From NCBI GenBank assembly GCA_002189035.1, contig NEEC01000011.1, positions 3,348,001 to 3,412,000 of the forward strand: 64,000 nucleotides of DNA, written 5' to 3'. Shown here piece after piece: positions 25,078 through 39,400 of the stretch. The stretch comes from Utricularia gibba. Taxonomy: Eukaryota > Plantae > Magnoliophyta. Position 1 is the first letter of the stretch. Every line of letters begins with the position of its first letter. A model generated the notes under the pieces. That model was not told the origin of the DNA and did no database searches. It saw nothing but the letters and a program-made list of their open reading frames with translations. The translations under genes and the position numbers were made by a program.

Positions 25078-28000
25078 GAGCTCGAATTATTGCCTTATAT
25101 TAGCCTTCAATTGTGCCACAAAGTGGCCACGACGTTCGCGATGATGCGACCTCGGACTTCCGATTCGACGCGAATGGGATTTCTCGCTTTCAAAACATAT
25201 GGATTTCATTGGAAGGTGTGAAATTTTTCGTTTTTGAGGCGATCCCTTACAATGCCACGGTTGTGTTCCAACCCACACCTGATGAAGGCCTCGTGCACCA
25301 TTCCGTATTTTGTCGATATCTTGAAACCGTGATGAGCCACGTTGCGCACGACACACCGTTTCGAAGCTCATTCCAGGGCGGTCATCTTCCGTTTTTGAAG
25401 CTTCGTCGTCCGACAATATATCAGAGCTCGAATTATTGCCTTATATTACCCTTCAATTGTGCCACAAAGTGGCCACGACGTTCGCGATGATGCGACCTCG
25501 GACTTCCGATTCGACGCGAATGGGATTTCTCGCTTCAAAACATATGATTTCATTGGAAGGTGTGAAATTTTCGTTTTAGAGGCGATCCCTTACAATGCCA
25601 CGGTGTGTTCCAACCCACACCTGATGAAGGCCCTCGTGCACCATTCCGTATTTTGTCGATATCTTGAAAACCGTGATGAGCCCGTTGCGCACGACACACC
25701 GTTTCGAAGCTCATTCCAGAGCGGTCATCTTCCGTTTTTGAAGCTTCGTCGTCCGACGATGTATCAGAGCTCGAATTATTGCCTTATATTAGCCTTCAAT
25801 TGTGCCACAAAGTGGCCACGACGTTCGCGATGATGCGACTCGGGGCTTCCAATTCGACGCAAATGTGATTTCTCGCTTGCAAAACATATGCATTTCATTG
25901 GAAGGTGTGAAATTTTTGTTTTTGAGGCGATCCCTTACAATGGCACGGTTGTGTTCCAACCCACACCTGATGCAGGCCTCGTGCACCATTCCGTATTTTA
26001 TCGATATCTTGAAACCGTGATGAGCCACGTTGCGCACGACACACCGTTTCGAAGCTCATTCCAGGGCGGTCATCTTCCGTTTTGAAGCTTCGTCGTCCGA
26101 CAATATATCAGAGCTCGAATTATTGCCTTATATTAGCCTTCAATTGTGCCACAAAGTGGCCACGACGTTCGCGATGATGCGACCTCGGACTTCCGATTCG
26201 ACGCGAATGGATTTCTCGCTTTCAAAACATATGCATTTCATTGGAAGGTGTGAAATTTTTGTTTTTGAGGCGATCCCTTACAATGCACGGTTGTGTTCCA
26301 ACCCACACCTGATGCAGGCCTCGTGCACCATTCCGTATTTTTCGATATCTTGAAACCGTGATGAGCCACGTTGCGCACGACACACCGTTTCGAAGCTCAT
26401 TCCAGGGCGGTCATCTTCCGTTTTGAAGCTTCGTCGTCCGACGATGTATCAGAGCTCGAATTATTGCCTTATATTAGCCTTCAATTGTGCCACAAAGTGG
26501 CCACGACGTTCGCGATGATGCGACTCGGACTTCCGATTCGACGCGAATGGGATTTCTCGCTTCAAACATATGGATTTCATTGGAAGGTGTGAAATTTTTG
26601 TTTTAGAGGCGATCCCTTACAATGCCACGGTTGTGTTCCAACCCACACCTGATGCAGGCCTCGTGCACCATTCCGTATTTTATCGATATCTTGAAAACCG
26701 TGATGAGCCACGTTGCCACGACACACCGTTTCGAAGCTCATTCAGGGCGGTCATCTTCCGTTTTGAAGCTTCGTCGTCCGACGATGTATCAGAGCTCGAA
26801 TTATTGCCTTATATTAGCCTTCAATTGTGCCACAAAGTGGCCACGACGTTCGCGATGATGCGACCTCGGACTTCCGATTCGACGCGAATGGGATTTCTCG
26901 CTTTCAAAACATATGGATTTCATTGGAAGGTGTGAAATTTTTTGAGGCGATCCCTTACAATGCCACGGTTGTGTTCCCCCACACCTGATGAAGGCCTCGT
27001 GCACCATTCCGTATTTTCTCGATATCTTGAAACCGTGATGAGCCACGTTGCGCACGACACACCGTTTCGAAGCTCATTCCAGGGCGGTCATCTTCCGTTT
27101 TTGAAGCTTCGTCGTCCGACAATATATCAGAGCTCGAATTATTGCCTTATATTAGCCTTCAATTGTGCCACAAAGTGGCCACGACGTTCGCGATGATGCG
27201 ACCTCGGACTTCCGATTCGACGCAAATGGATTTCTCGCTTTCAAAACATATGCATTTCATTGGAAGGTGTGAAATGAGGCGATCCCTTACAATGCACGGT
27301 TGTGTTCCAACCCACACCTGATGAAGGCCTCGTGCACCATTCCGTATTTTGTCGATATCTTAAAACCGTGATGAGCCACGTTGCGCGACACACCGTTTCG
27401 AAGCTCATTCCAGTCATCTTCCGTTTTTGAAGCTTCGTCGTCCGACGATGTATCAGAGCTCGAATTATTGCCTTATTAGCCTTCAATTGTGCCACAAAGT
27501 GGCCACGACGTTCGCGATGATGCGACTCGGGGCTTCCAATTCGACGCAAATGTGATTTCTCGCTTGCAAAACATATGCATTTCATTGGAAGGGTGAAATT
27601 TTTGTTTTTGAGGCGATCCCTTACAATGCCACGGTTGTGTTCCAACCCACACCTGATGCAGGCCTCGTGCACCATTCCGTATTTTGATATCTTGAAACCG
27701 TGATGAGCCACGTTGCGCACGACACACGTTTCGAAGCTCATTCAGATCTTCCGTTTTGAAGCTTCGTCGACAATATATCAGAGCTCGAATTATTGCCTTA
27801 TATTACCCTTCAATTGTGCCACCACGACGTTCGCGATGATGCGACCTCGGACTTCCGATTCGACGCGAATTCTCGCTTTCAAAAACATATGCATTTCATT
27901 GGAAGGTGTGAAATTTTTGTTTTTGAGGCGATCCCTACAATGCCACGGTTGTGTTCCAACCCACACCTGATGCAGGCCTCGTGCACCATTCCGTATTTTA

Positions 28001-30200
28001 TCGATATCTTGAAACCGTGATGAGCCATTTCGAAGCTCATTCCAGGCGGTCATCTTCCGTTTTGAAGCTTCGTCGTCCGACAATGTATCAGAGCTCGAAT
28101 TATTGCCTTATATTAGCCTTCAATTGTGCCACAAAGTGGCCACGACGTTCGCGATGATGCGACTCGGACTTCCGATTCGACGCGAATTTTCTCGCTTTCA
28201 AAACATATGGATTTCATTGGAAGGTGTGAAATTTTTGTTTTGAGGCGATCCCTTACAATGCCACGGTTGTGTTCCAACCCACACCTGATGAAGGCCTCGT
28301 GCACCATTCCGTATTTTCTCGATATCTTGAAACCGTGATGAGCCACGTTGCGCACGACACACCGTTTCGAAGCTCATTCCAGGGCGGTCATCTTCCGTTT
28401 TTGAAGCTTCGTCGTCCGACAATATATCAGAGCTCGAATTATTGCCTTATATTACCCTTCAATTGTGCCACAAAGTGGCCACGACGTTCGATGATGCGAC
28501 CTCGGACTTCCGATTCGACGCGAATGGGATTTCTCGCTTTCAAAACATATGGATTTCATTGGAAGGTGTGAAATTTTCGTTTTTGAGGCGATCCCTTACA
28601 ATGCCACGGTTGTGTTCCAACCCACACCTGATGAAGGCCTCGTGCACCATTCCGTATTTTGTCGATATCTTGAAAACCGTGATGAGCCACGTTGCGCACG
28701 ACACACCGTTTCGAAGCTCATTCCAGGGCGGTCATCTTCCGTTTTTGAAGCTTCGTCGTCCGACAATATATCAGAGCTCGAATTATTGCCTTATATTAGC
28801 CTTCAATTGTGCCACAAAGTGGCCACGACGTTCGCGATGATGCGACTCGGGGCTTCCAATTCGACGCAAATGTGATTTCTCGCTTGCAAAACATATGCAT
28901 TTCATTGGAAGGTGTGAAATTTTTGTTTTTGAGGCGATCCCTTACAATGCCACGGTTGTGTTCCAACCCACACCTGATGCAGGCCTCGTGCACCATTCCG
29001 TATTTTATCGATATCTTGAAACCGTGATGAGCCACGTTGCACGACACACCGTTTCGAAGCTCATTCAGGGCGGTCATCTTCCGTTTTGAAGCTTCGTCGT
29101 CCGACAATATATCAGAGCTCGAATTATTGCCTTATATTACCCTTCAATTGTGCCACAAAGTGGCCACGACGTTCGCGATGATGCGACCTCGGACTTCCGA
29201 TTCGACGCGAATGGGATTTCTCGCTTTCAAAACATATGCATTTCATTGGAAGGTGTGAAATTTTTCGTTTTTGAGGCGATCCCTTACAATGCCACGGTTG
29301 TGTTCCAACCCACACCTGATGAAGGCCTCGTGCACCATTCCGTATTTTCGATATCTTGAAACCGTGATGAGCCACGTTGCGCACGACACACCGTTTCGAA
29401 GCTCATTCCAGGGCGGTCATCTTCCGTTTTGAAGCTTCGTCGTCCGACAATATATCAGAGCTCGAATTATTGCCTTATATTACCCTTCAATTGTGCCACA
29501 AAGTGGCCACGACGTTCGCGATGATGCGACCTCGGACTTCCGATTCGACGCGAATGGGATTTCTCGCTTTCAAAACATATGCATTTCATTGGAAGGTGTG
29601 AAATTTTTGTTTTGAGGCGATCCCTTACAATGCCACGGTTGTGTTCCAACCCACACCTGATGAAGGCCTCGTGCACCATTCCGTATTTTTCGATATCTTG
29701 AAACCGTGATGAGCCACGTTGCGCACGACACACCGTTTCGAAGCTCATTCCAGGGCGGTCATCTTCCGTTTTTGAAGCTTCGTCGTCCGACAATATATCA
29801 GAGCTCGAATTATTGCCTTATATTACCCTTCAATTGTGCCACAAAGTGGCCACGACGTTCGCGATGATGCGACTCGGGCTTCCAATTCGACGCAAATGGA
29901 TTTCTCGCTTGCAAAACATATGCATTTCATTGGAAGGTGTGAAATTTTCGTTTTTGAGGCGATCCCTTACAATGCCACGGTTGTGTTCCAACCCACACCT
30001 GATGCAGGCCTCGTGCACCATTCCGTATTTTTCGATATCTTGAAACCGTGATGAGCCACGTTCGCACGACACACCGTTTCGAAGCTCATTCCAGGGCGGT
30101 CATCTTCCGTTTTTGAAGCTTCGTCGTTCCGACAATATATCAGAGCTCGAATTATTGCCTTATATTACCCTTCAATTGTGCCACAAAGTGGCCACGACGT
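25078..30200. repeat. Subdomain lacking P-class monomers, enriched in Q-class (GATGAAGG, TATTACCC)
   Basis: No GGTATGAA, GCGAACCC, GTAAATATC or CCTTGTTG was seen over ~15 monomers. GATGAAGG occurs at about 25281, 25623, 26981, 27319, 28288, 28631, 29319 and 29660. Confidence 0.55.
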
Positions 30201-30441
30201 TCTCGCATTCAAGACATATGGATTTCATTGGAAGGTATGAAATTTTTGTTTTAGAGGCGAACCCTTACAATGCCACGGTGTGTTCCAACCCACACCTGAT
30301 GCAGGCCTCGTGCACCATTCCGTATTTTGTAAATATCTTGAAAACCGTGATGAGCCTTGTTGCACACGACACACCGTTTCGAAGCTCATTCCAGAGCGGT
30401 CATCTTCCGTTTTTGAAGCTTCGTCGTCCGACGATGTATCA
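30143..30441. repeat. Monomer with a clean 46-bp internal deletion
   Basis: At ~30200 GACGTTC joins directly to TCGCATTCAAGA, so monomer positions 61-106 are missing. The monomer is 299 bp, and TTC microhomology is present at both ends. Confidence 0.75.
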
Positions 30442-33400
30442 GAGATCGAATTATTGCCTTATATTAGCCTTCAATTGTGCCACAAAGTGGCCACGACGTT
30501 ACGCGATGATGCGACTCGGGCTTCCAATTCGACGCAAATGTGATTTCTCGCTTGCAAAACATATGCATTTCATTGGAAGGTGTGAAATTTTTGTTTTTGA
30601 GGCGATCCCTTACAATGCCACGGTTGTGTTCCAACCCACACCTGATGCAGGCCTCGTGCACCATTCCGTATTTTATCGATATCTTGAAAACCGTGATGAG
30701 CCACGTTGCACACGACACACCGTTTCGAAGCTCATTCCGAGGCGGTCATCTTCCGTTTTGAAGCTTCGTCGTCCGACAATATATCAGAGCTCGAATTATT
30801 GCCTTATATTAGCCTTCAATTGTGCCACAAAGTGGCCACGACGTTCGCGATGATGCGACCTCGGACTTCCGATTCGACGCGAATGGGTTTTCTCGCATTC
30901 AAACATATGGATTTCATTGGAAGGTATGAAATTTTTGTTTTGAGGCGAACCCTTACAATGCCACGGTTGTGTTCCAACCCACACCTGATGCAGGCCTCGT
31001 GCACCATTCCGTATTTTGTCGATATCTTGAAAACCGTGATGAGCCACGTTTCACACGACACACCGTTTCGAAGCTCATTCCGAGGCGGTCATCTTCCGTT
31101 TGCAAGCTTTGTCGTTCGACAATATATCAGAGCTCGAATTATTGCCTTATATTAGCCTTCAATTGTGCCACAAAGTGGCCACGACGTTCGCGATGATGCG
31201 ACCTCGGACTTCCGATTCGACGCGAATGGTTTCTCGCTTTCAAGACATATGGATTTCATTGGAAGGTATGAAATTTTTTTTTAGAGGCGAACCCTTACAA
31301 TGCCACGGTGTGTTCCAACCCACACCTGATGCAGGCCTCGTGCACCATTCCGTATTTTGTAAATATTCTTGAAAACCGTGATGAGCCTTGTTGCACACGA
31401 CACACCGTTTCGAAGCTCATTCCAGAGCGGTCATCTTCCGTTTTTGAAGCTTCGTCGTCCGACGATGTATCAGAGCTCGAATTATTGCCTTATATTAGCC
31501 TTCAATTGTGCCACAAAGTGGCCACGACGACGCGATGATGCGACTCGGGCTTCCAATTCGACGCAAATGGATTTCTCGCTTGCAAAATATGCATTTCATT
31601 GGAAGGTGTGAAATTTTTGTTTTTGAGGCGATCCCTTACAATGCACGGTTGTGTTCCAACCCACACCTGATGCAGGCCTCGTGCACCATTCCGTATTTTT
31701 CGATATCTTGAAACCGTGATGAGCCACGTTGCACGACACACCGTTTCGAAGCTCATTCCAGGGCGGTCATCTTCCGTTTTGGAAGCTTCGTCGTCCGACG
31801 ATGTATCAGAGCTCGAATTATTGCCTTATTTAGCCTTCAATTGTGCCACAAAGTGGCCACGACGTTCGCGATGATGCGACCTCGGTTCCGATTCGACGCG
31901 AATGGGATTTCTCGCTTTCAAAACATATGCATTTCATTGGAAGGTGTGAAATTTTTGTTTTTGAGGCGATCCCTTACAATGCCACGGTTGTGTTCCAACC
32001 CACACCTGATGAAGGCCTCGTGCACCATTCCGTATTTTGATATCTTGAAACCGTGATGAGCCACGTTGCGCACGACACACCGTTTCGAAGCTCATTCCAG
32101 GGCGTCATCTTCCGTTTTGAAGCTTCGTCGTCCGACAATATATCAGAGCTCGAATTATTGCCTTATATTACCTTCAATTGTGCCACAAAGTGGCCACGAC
32201 GTTCGCGATGATGCGACCTCGGACTTCCGATTCGACGCGAATGGATTTTTCGCTTTCAAAACATATGGATTTCATTGGAAGGTGTGAAATTTTTGTTTTA
32301 GAGGCGATCCCTTACAATGCCACGGTTGTGTTCCAACCCACACCTGATGCAGGCCTCGTGCACCATTCCGTATTTTGTAAATATTGAAAACCGTGATGAG
32401 CCTTGTTGCACACGACACACCGTTTCGAAGCTCATTCCAGAGGCGGTCATCTTCCGTTTTTGAAGCTTCGTCGTCCGACGATGTATCAGAGCTCGAATTA
32501 TTGCCTTATATTAGCCTTCAATTGTGCCACAAAGTGGCCACGACGTTCGCGATGATGCGACTCGGGTTCCAATTCGACGCAAATGTGATTTCTCGCTTGC
32601 AAAACATATGCATTTCATTGGAAGGTGTGAAATTTTGTTTTTGAGGCGATCCCTTACAATGCCACGGTTGTGTTCCAACCCACCTGATGCAGGCCTCGTG
32701 CACCATTCCGTATTTTCGATATCTTGAAAACCGTGATGAGCCACGTTCACACGACACACCGTTTCGAAGCTCATTCCGAGGCGGTCATCTTCCGTTTTAA
32801 GCTTTCGTTCACATATATCAGAGCTCGAATTATTGCCTTATATTAGCCTTCAATTGTGCCACAAAGTGGCCACGACGTTCGATGATGCGACCTCGGACTT
32901 CCGATTCGACGCGAATGGGTTTTCTCGCATTCAAACATATGGATTTCATTGGAAGGTATGAAATTTTTGTTTTAGAGGCGAACCCTTACAATGCCACGGT
33001 TGTGTTCCAACCCACACCTGATGCAGGCCTCGTGCACCATTCCGTATTTTGTAAATATCTTGAAAACCGTGATGAGCCTTGTTGCACACGACACACCGTT
33101 TCGAAGCTCATTCCAGAGCGGTCATCTTCCGTTTTTGAAGCTTCGTCGTCCGACGATGTATCAGAGCTCGAATTGCCTTATATTAGCCTTCAATTGTGCC
33201 ACAAAGTGGCCACGACGTTCGCGATGATGCGACTCGGGGCTTCCATTCGACGCAAATGTGATTTCTCGCTTGCAAAATATGCATTTCATTGGAAGGTGTG
33301 AAATTTTTGTTTTTGAGGCGATCCCTTACAATGCACGGTTGTGTTCCAACCCACACCTGATGCAGGCCGTGCACCATTCCGTATTTTATCGATATCTTGA

Positions 33401-36400
33401 AACCGTGATGAGCCACGTTGCACGACACACCGTTTCGAAGCTCATTCCAGGCGGTCATCTTCCGTTTTGGAAGCTTCGTCCGACAATATATCAGAGCTCG
33501 AATTATTGCCTTATATTACCCTTCAATTGTGCCAAAAAGTGGCCACGACGTTCGCGATGATGCGACCTCGGACTTCCGATTCGACGCGAATGGGATTTCT
33601 CGCTTCAAAATATGGATTTCATTGGAAGGTGTGAAATTTTTGTTTTTGAGGCGATCCCTTACAATGCCACGGTTGTGTTCCAACCCACACCTGATGAAGG
33701 CCTCGTGCACCATTCCGTATTTTGTCGATATCTTGAAAACCGTGATGAGCCACGTTGCGCACGACACACCGTTTCGAAGCTCATTCCAGGGCGGTCATCT
33801 TCCGTTTTTGAAGCTTCGTCGTCCGACAATATATCAGAGCTCGAATTATTGCCTTATTTACCCTTCAATTGTGCCACAAGTGGCCACGACGTTCGCGATG
33901 ATGCGACTCGGGGCTTCCAATTCGACGCAAATGTGATTTCTCGCTTGCAAAACATATGCATTTCATTGGAAGGTGTGAAATTTTTGTTTTAGAGGCGATC
34001 CCTTACAATGCCACGGTTGTGTTCCAACCCACACCTGATGAGGCCTCGTGCACCATTCCGTATTTTATCGATATCTTGAAAACCGTGATGAGCCACGTTG
34101 CACACGACACACCGTTTCGAAGCTCATTCCGAGGCGGTCATCTTCCGTTTTAAGCTTCGTTCGACAATATATCAGAGCTCGAATTATTGCCTTATATTAG
34201 CCTTCAATTGTGCCACAAAGTGGCCACGACGTTCGCGATGATGCGACTCGGACTTCGATTCGACGCGAATGGGTTTTCTCGCATTCAAACATATGGATTT
34301 CATTGGAAGGTGAAATTTTTGTTTTAGAGGCGATCCTTACAATGCCACGGTGTGTTCCAACCCACACCTGATGCAGGCCTCGTGCACCATTCCGTATTTT
34401 GTAAATATCTTGAAAACCGTGATGAGCCTTGTTGCACACGACACACCGTTTCGAAGCTCATTCCAGAGCGGTCATCTTCCGTTTTTGAAGCTTCGTCGTC
34501 CGACGATGTATCAGAGATCGAATTATTGCCTTATATTAGCCTTCAATTGTGCCACAAAGTGGCCACGACGTTCGCGATGATGCGACTCGGGGCTTCCATT
34601 CGACGCAATGTGATTTCTCGCTTGCAAAACATATGCATTTCATTGGAAGGTGTGAAATTTTTGTTTTTGAGGCGATCCCTTACAATGCCACGGTTGTGTT
34701 CCAACCCACACCTGATGCAGGCCTCGTGCACCATTCCGTATTTTATCGATATCTTGAAAACCGTGATGAGCCACGTTGCACACGACACACCGTTTCGAAG
34801 CTCATTCCAGGCGGTCATCTTCCGTTTCAAGCTTTGTCGTTCGACAATATATCAGAGCTCGAATTATTGCCTTATATTAGCCTTCAATTGTGCCACAAAG
34901 TGGCCACGACGTTCGCGATGATGCGACCTCGGACTTCCGATTCGACGCGAATGGGTTTTCTCGCATTCAAGACATATGGATTTCATTGGAAGGTATGAAA
35001 TTTTTGTTTAAGAGGCGAACCCTTACAATGCCACGGTTGTGTTCCAACCCACACCTGATGCAGGCCTCGTGCACCATTCCGTATTTTGTAAATATCTTGA
35101 AAACCGTGATGAGCCTTGTTGCACACGACACACCCGTTTCGAAGCTCATTCCAGAGCGGTCATCTTCCGTTTTTGAAGCTTCGTCGTCCGACGATGTATC
35201 AGAGATCGAATTATTGCCTTATATTAGCCTTCAATTGTGCCAAAGTGGCCACGACGTACGCGATGATGCGACTCGGGGCTTCCAATTCGACGCAAATGTG
35301 ATTTCTCGCTTGCAAAAATGCATTTCATTGGAAGGTGTGAAATTTTTGTTTTTGAGGCGATCCCTTACAATGCACGGTTGTGTTCCAACCCACACCTGAT
35401 GGGCCTCGTGCACCATTCCGTATTTTATCGATATCTTGAAACCGTGATGAGCCACGTAACGACACAAAAGCTCATTCCGGTCATCTTCCGTTTTGGAAGC
35501 TTGTCCGACAATTATCAGAGCTGAATTATTGCCTTATATTACCTTCAATTGTGCCACAAAGTGGCCACGACGTTCGCGATGATGCGACATTCGACGAATG
35601 GATTTCTCGCTTTCAAACATATGCATTTCATTGGAAGGTGTGAAATTTTTGTTTTTGAGGCGATCCTTACAATGCCACGGTTGTGTTCCAACCCACACCT
35701 GATGAGGCCTCGTGCACCATTCCGTATTTTTCGATATCTTGAAACCGTGATGAGCCACGTTGCGCACGACACACCGTTTCGAAGCTCATTCCAGGCGGTC
35801 ATCTTCCGTTTTTGAAGCTTCGTCGTCCGACGATATATCAGAGCTCGAATTATTGCCTTATATTACCTTCAATTGTGCCACAAAGTGGCCACGACGTTCG
35901 CGATGATGCGACTCGGACTTCCGATTCGACGCGAATGGATTTCTCGCTTTCAAACATATGCATTTCATTGGAAGGTGTGAAATTTTTGTTTTTGAGGCGA
36001 TCCCTTACAATGCCGGTGTGTTCCAACCCACACCTGATGCAGGCCTCGTGCACCATTCCGTATTTTAAATATCTTGAAAACCGTGATGAGCCACGTTGCA
36101 CACGACACACCGTTTCGAAGCTCATTCCAGGCGGTCATCTTCCGTTTTGAAGCTTCGTCGTCCGACAATGTATCAGAGCTCGAATTATTGCCTTATATTA
36201 GCCTTCAATTGTGCCAAAAGTGGCCACGACGTTCGCGATGATGCGACTCGGCTTCCATTCGACGCGAATGGATTTCTCGCTTCAAGATATGCATTTCATT
36301 GGAAGGTGTGAAATTTTTTTTGAGGCGATCCCTTACAATGCCACGGTGTGTTCCAACCCACACCTGATGCAGGCCTCGTGCACCATTCCGTATTTTCGAT

Positions 36401-39400
36401 ATCTTGAAAACCGTGATGAGCCACGTTGCACACGACACACCGTTTCGAAGCTCATTCCGAGGCGTCATCTTCCGTTTTGAAGCTTCGTCGTCGACAATAT
36501 ATCAGAGCTCGAATTATTGCCTTATATTAGCCTTCAATTGTGCCACAAAGTGGCCACGACGTTCGCGATGATGCGACTCGGACTTCCGATTCGACGCGAA
36601 TGGGTTTTCTCGCTTCAGACATATGGATTTCATTGGAAGGTGTGAAATTTTTGTTTTAGAGGCGATCCCTTACAATGCCACGGTGTTTCCAACCCACACC
36701 TGATGCAGGCCTCGTGCACCATTCCGTATTTTAATATCTTGAAAACCGTGATGAGCCTTGTTGCACGACACACCGTTTCGAAGCTCATTCCAGGCGGTCA
36801 TCTTCCGTTTTTGAAGCTTCGTCGTCGACAATATCAGAGCTCGAATTATTGCCTTATATTAGCCTTCAATTGTGCCACAAAGTGGCCACGACGTTCGCGA
36901 TGATGCGACTCGGGCTTCCAATTCGACGCAAATGTGATTTCTCGCTTGCAAAACATATGCATTTCATTGGAAGGTGTGAAATTTTGTTTTAGAGGCGATC
37001 CCTTACAATGCCACGGTGTGTTCCAACCCACACCTGATGCAGGCCTCGTGCACCATTCCGTATTTTGTAAATATCTTGAAAACCGTGATGAGCCACGTTG
37101 CACGACACACCGTTTCGAAGCTCATTCCAGGGCGGTCATCTTCCGTTTTTGAAGCTTCGTCGTCCGACAATATATCAGAGCTCGAATTATTGCCTTATAT
37201 TAGCCTTCAATTGTGCCACAAAGTGGCCACGACGTTCGCGATGATGCGACCTCGGACTTCCGATTCGACGCGAATGGATTTTCGCTTCAAAACATATGGA
37301 TTTCATTGGAAGGTGTGAAATTTTTGTTTTTGAGGCGATCCCTTACAATGCACGGTTGTGTTCCAACCCACACCTGATGCAGGCCTCGTGCACCATTCCG
37401 TATTTTGTCGATATCTTGAAAACCGTGATGAGCCACGTTGCACACGACACACCGTTCGAAGCTCATTCAGGCGGTCATCTTCCGTTTTGAAGCTTTGTCG
37501 TCGACATGTATCAGAGCTCGAATTATTGCCTTATATTAGCCTTCAATTGTGCCACAAAGTGGCCACGACGTTCGCGATGATGCGACTCGGACTTCCGATT
37601 CGACGCGAATGGGTTTTCTCGCTTCAACATATGGATTTCATTGGAAGGTGTGAAATTTTTGTTTTAGAGGCGATCCCTTACAATGCCACGGTTTCCAACC
37701 CACACCTGATGCAGGCCTCGTGCACCATTCCGTATTTTGTAAATATCTTGAAAACCGTGATGAGCCGTTGTCACGTTTCGAAGCTCATTCCAGAGCGGTC
37801 ATCTTCCGTTTTGAAGCTTCGTCGTCCGACATGTATCAGAGCTCGAATTATTGCCTTATATTAGCCTTCAATTGTGCCACAAAGTGGCCACGACGTTCGC
37901 GATGATGCGACTCGGGGCTTCCGATTCGACGCGAATGGATTTCTCGCTTCAAACATATGCATTTCATTGGAAGGTGTGAAATTTTGTTTTTAGAGGCGAT
38001 CCCTTACAATGCCACGGTGTGTTCCAACCCACACCTGATGCAGGCCTCGTGCACCATTCCGTATTTTGTAAATATCTTGAAACCGTGATGAGCCTTGTTG
38101 CCACACACACCGTTTCGAAGCTCATTCCAGGGCGGTCATCTTCCGTTTTTGAAGCTTCGTCGTCCGACAATATATCAGAGCTCGAATTATTGCCTTATAT
38201 TAGCCTTCAATTGTGCCACAAAGTGGCCACGACGTTCGCGATGATGCGACTCGGGGCTTCCAATTCGACGCAAATGTGATTTCTCGCTTGCAAAACATGC
38301 ATTTCATTGGAAGGTGTGAAATTTTGTTTTGAGGCGATCCCTTACAATGCCACGGTTGTGTTCCAACCCACACCTGATGCAGGCCTCGTGCACCATTCCG
38401 TATTTTATCGATATCTTGAAAACCGTGATGAGCCACGTTGCACACGACACACCGTTTCGAAGCTCATTCCAGGCGGTCATCTTCCGTTTTGAAGCTTCGT
38501 CGTCCGACGATGTATCAGAGCTCGAATTATTGCCTTATATTACCTTCAATTGTGCCACAAAGTGGCCACGACGTTCGCGATGATGCGACCTCGGACTTCC
38601 GATTCGACGCGAATGGGTTTTCGCATTCAAGAATATGGATTTCATTGGAAGGTATGAAATTTTTTTTGAGGCGAACCCTTACAATGCCACGGTTGTGTTC
38701 CAACCCACACCTGATGCAGGCCTCGTGCACCATTCCGTATTTTAATATCTTGAAACCGTGATGAGCCTTGTTGCACACGACACACCGTTTCGAAGCTCAT
38801 TCCAGAGCGGTCATCTTCCGTTTTGAAGCTTCGTCGTCCGACGATGTATCAGAGCTCGAATTATTGCCTTATATTAGCCTTCAATTGTGCCACAAAGTGG
38901 CCACGACGTTCGCGATGATGCGACTCGGGGCTTCCAATTCGACGCAAATGTGATTTCTCGCTTGCAAATATGCATTTCATTGGAAGGTGTGAAATTTTTG
39001 TTTTTGAGGCGATCCCTTACAATGCACGGTTGTGTTCCAACCCACACCTGATGCAGGCCTCGTGCACCATTCCGTATTTTGTCGATATCTTGAAACCGTG
39101 ATGAGCCGTTGTTGAAGCTCATTCAGGCGGTCATCTTCCGTTTTGGAAGCTTCGTCGTCCGACGATGTATCAGAGCTCGAATTATTGCCTTATATTAGCC
39201 TTCAATTGTGCCACAAAGTGGCCACGACGTTCGCGATGATGCGACCTCGGACTTCCGATTCGACGCGAATGGGTTTTCTCGCTTCAAACATATGGATTTC
39301 ATTGGAAGGTATGAAATTTTTTTTAGAGGCGATCCCTTACAATGCCACGGTGTGTTCCAACCCACACCTGATGCAGGCCTCGTGCACCATTCCGTATTTT

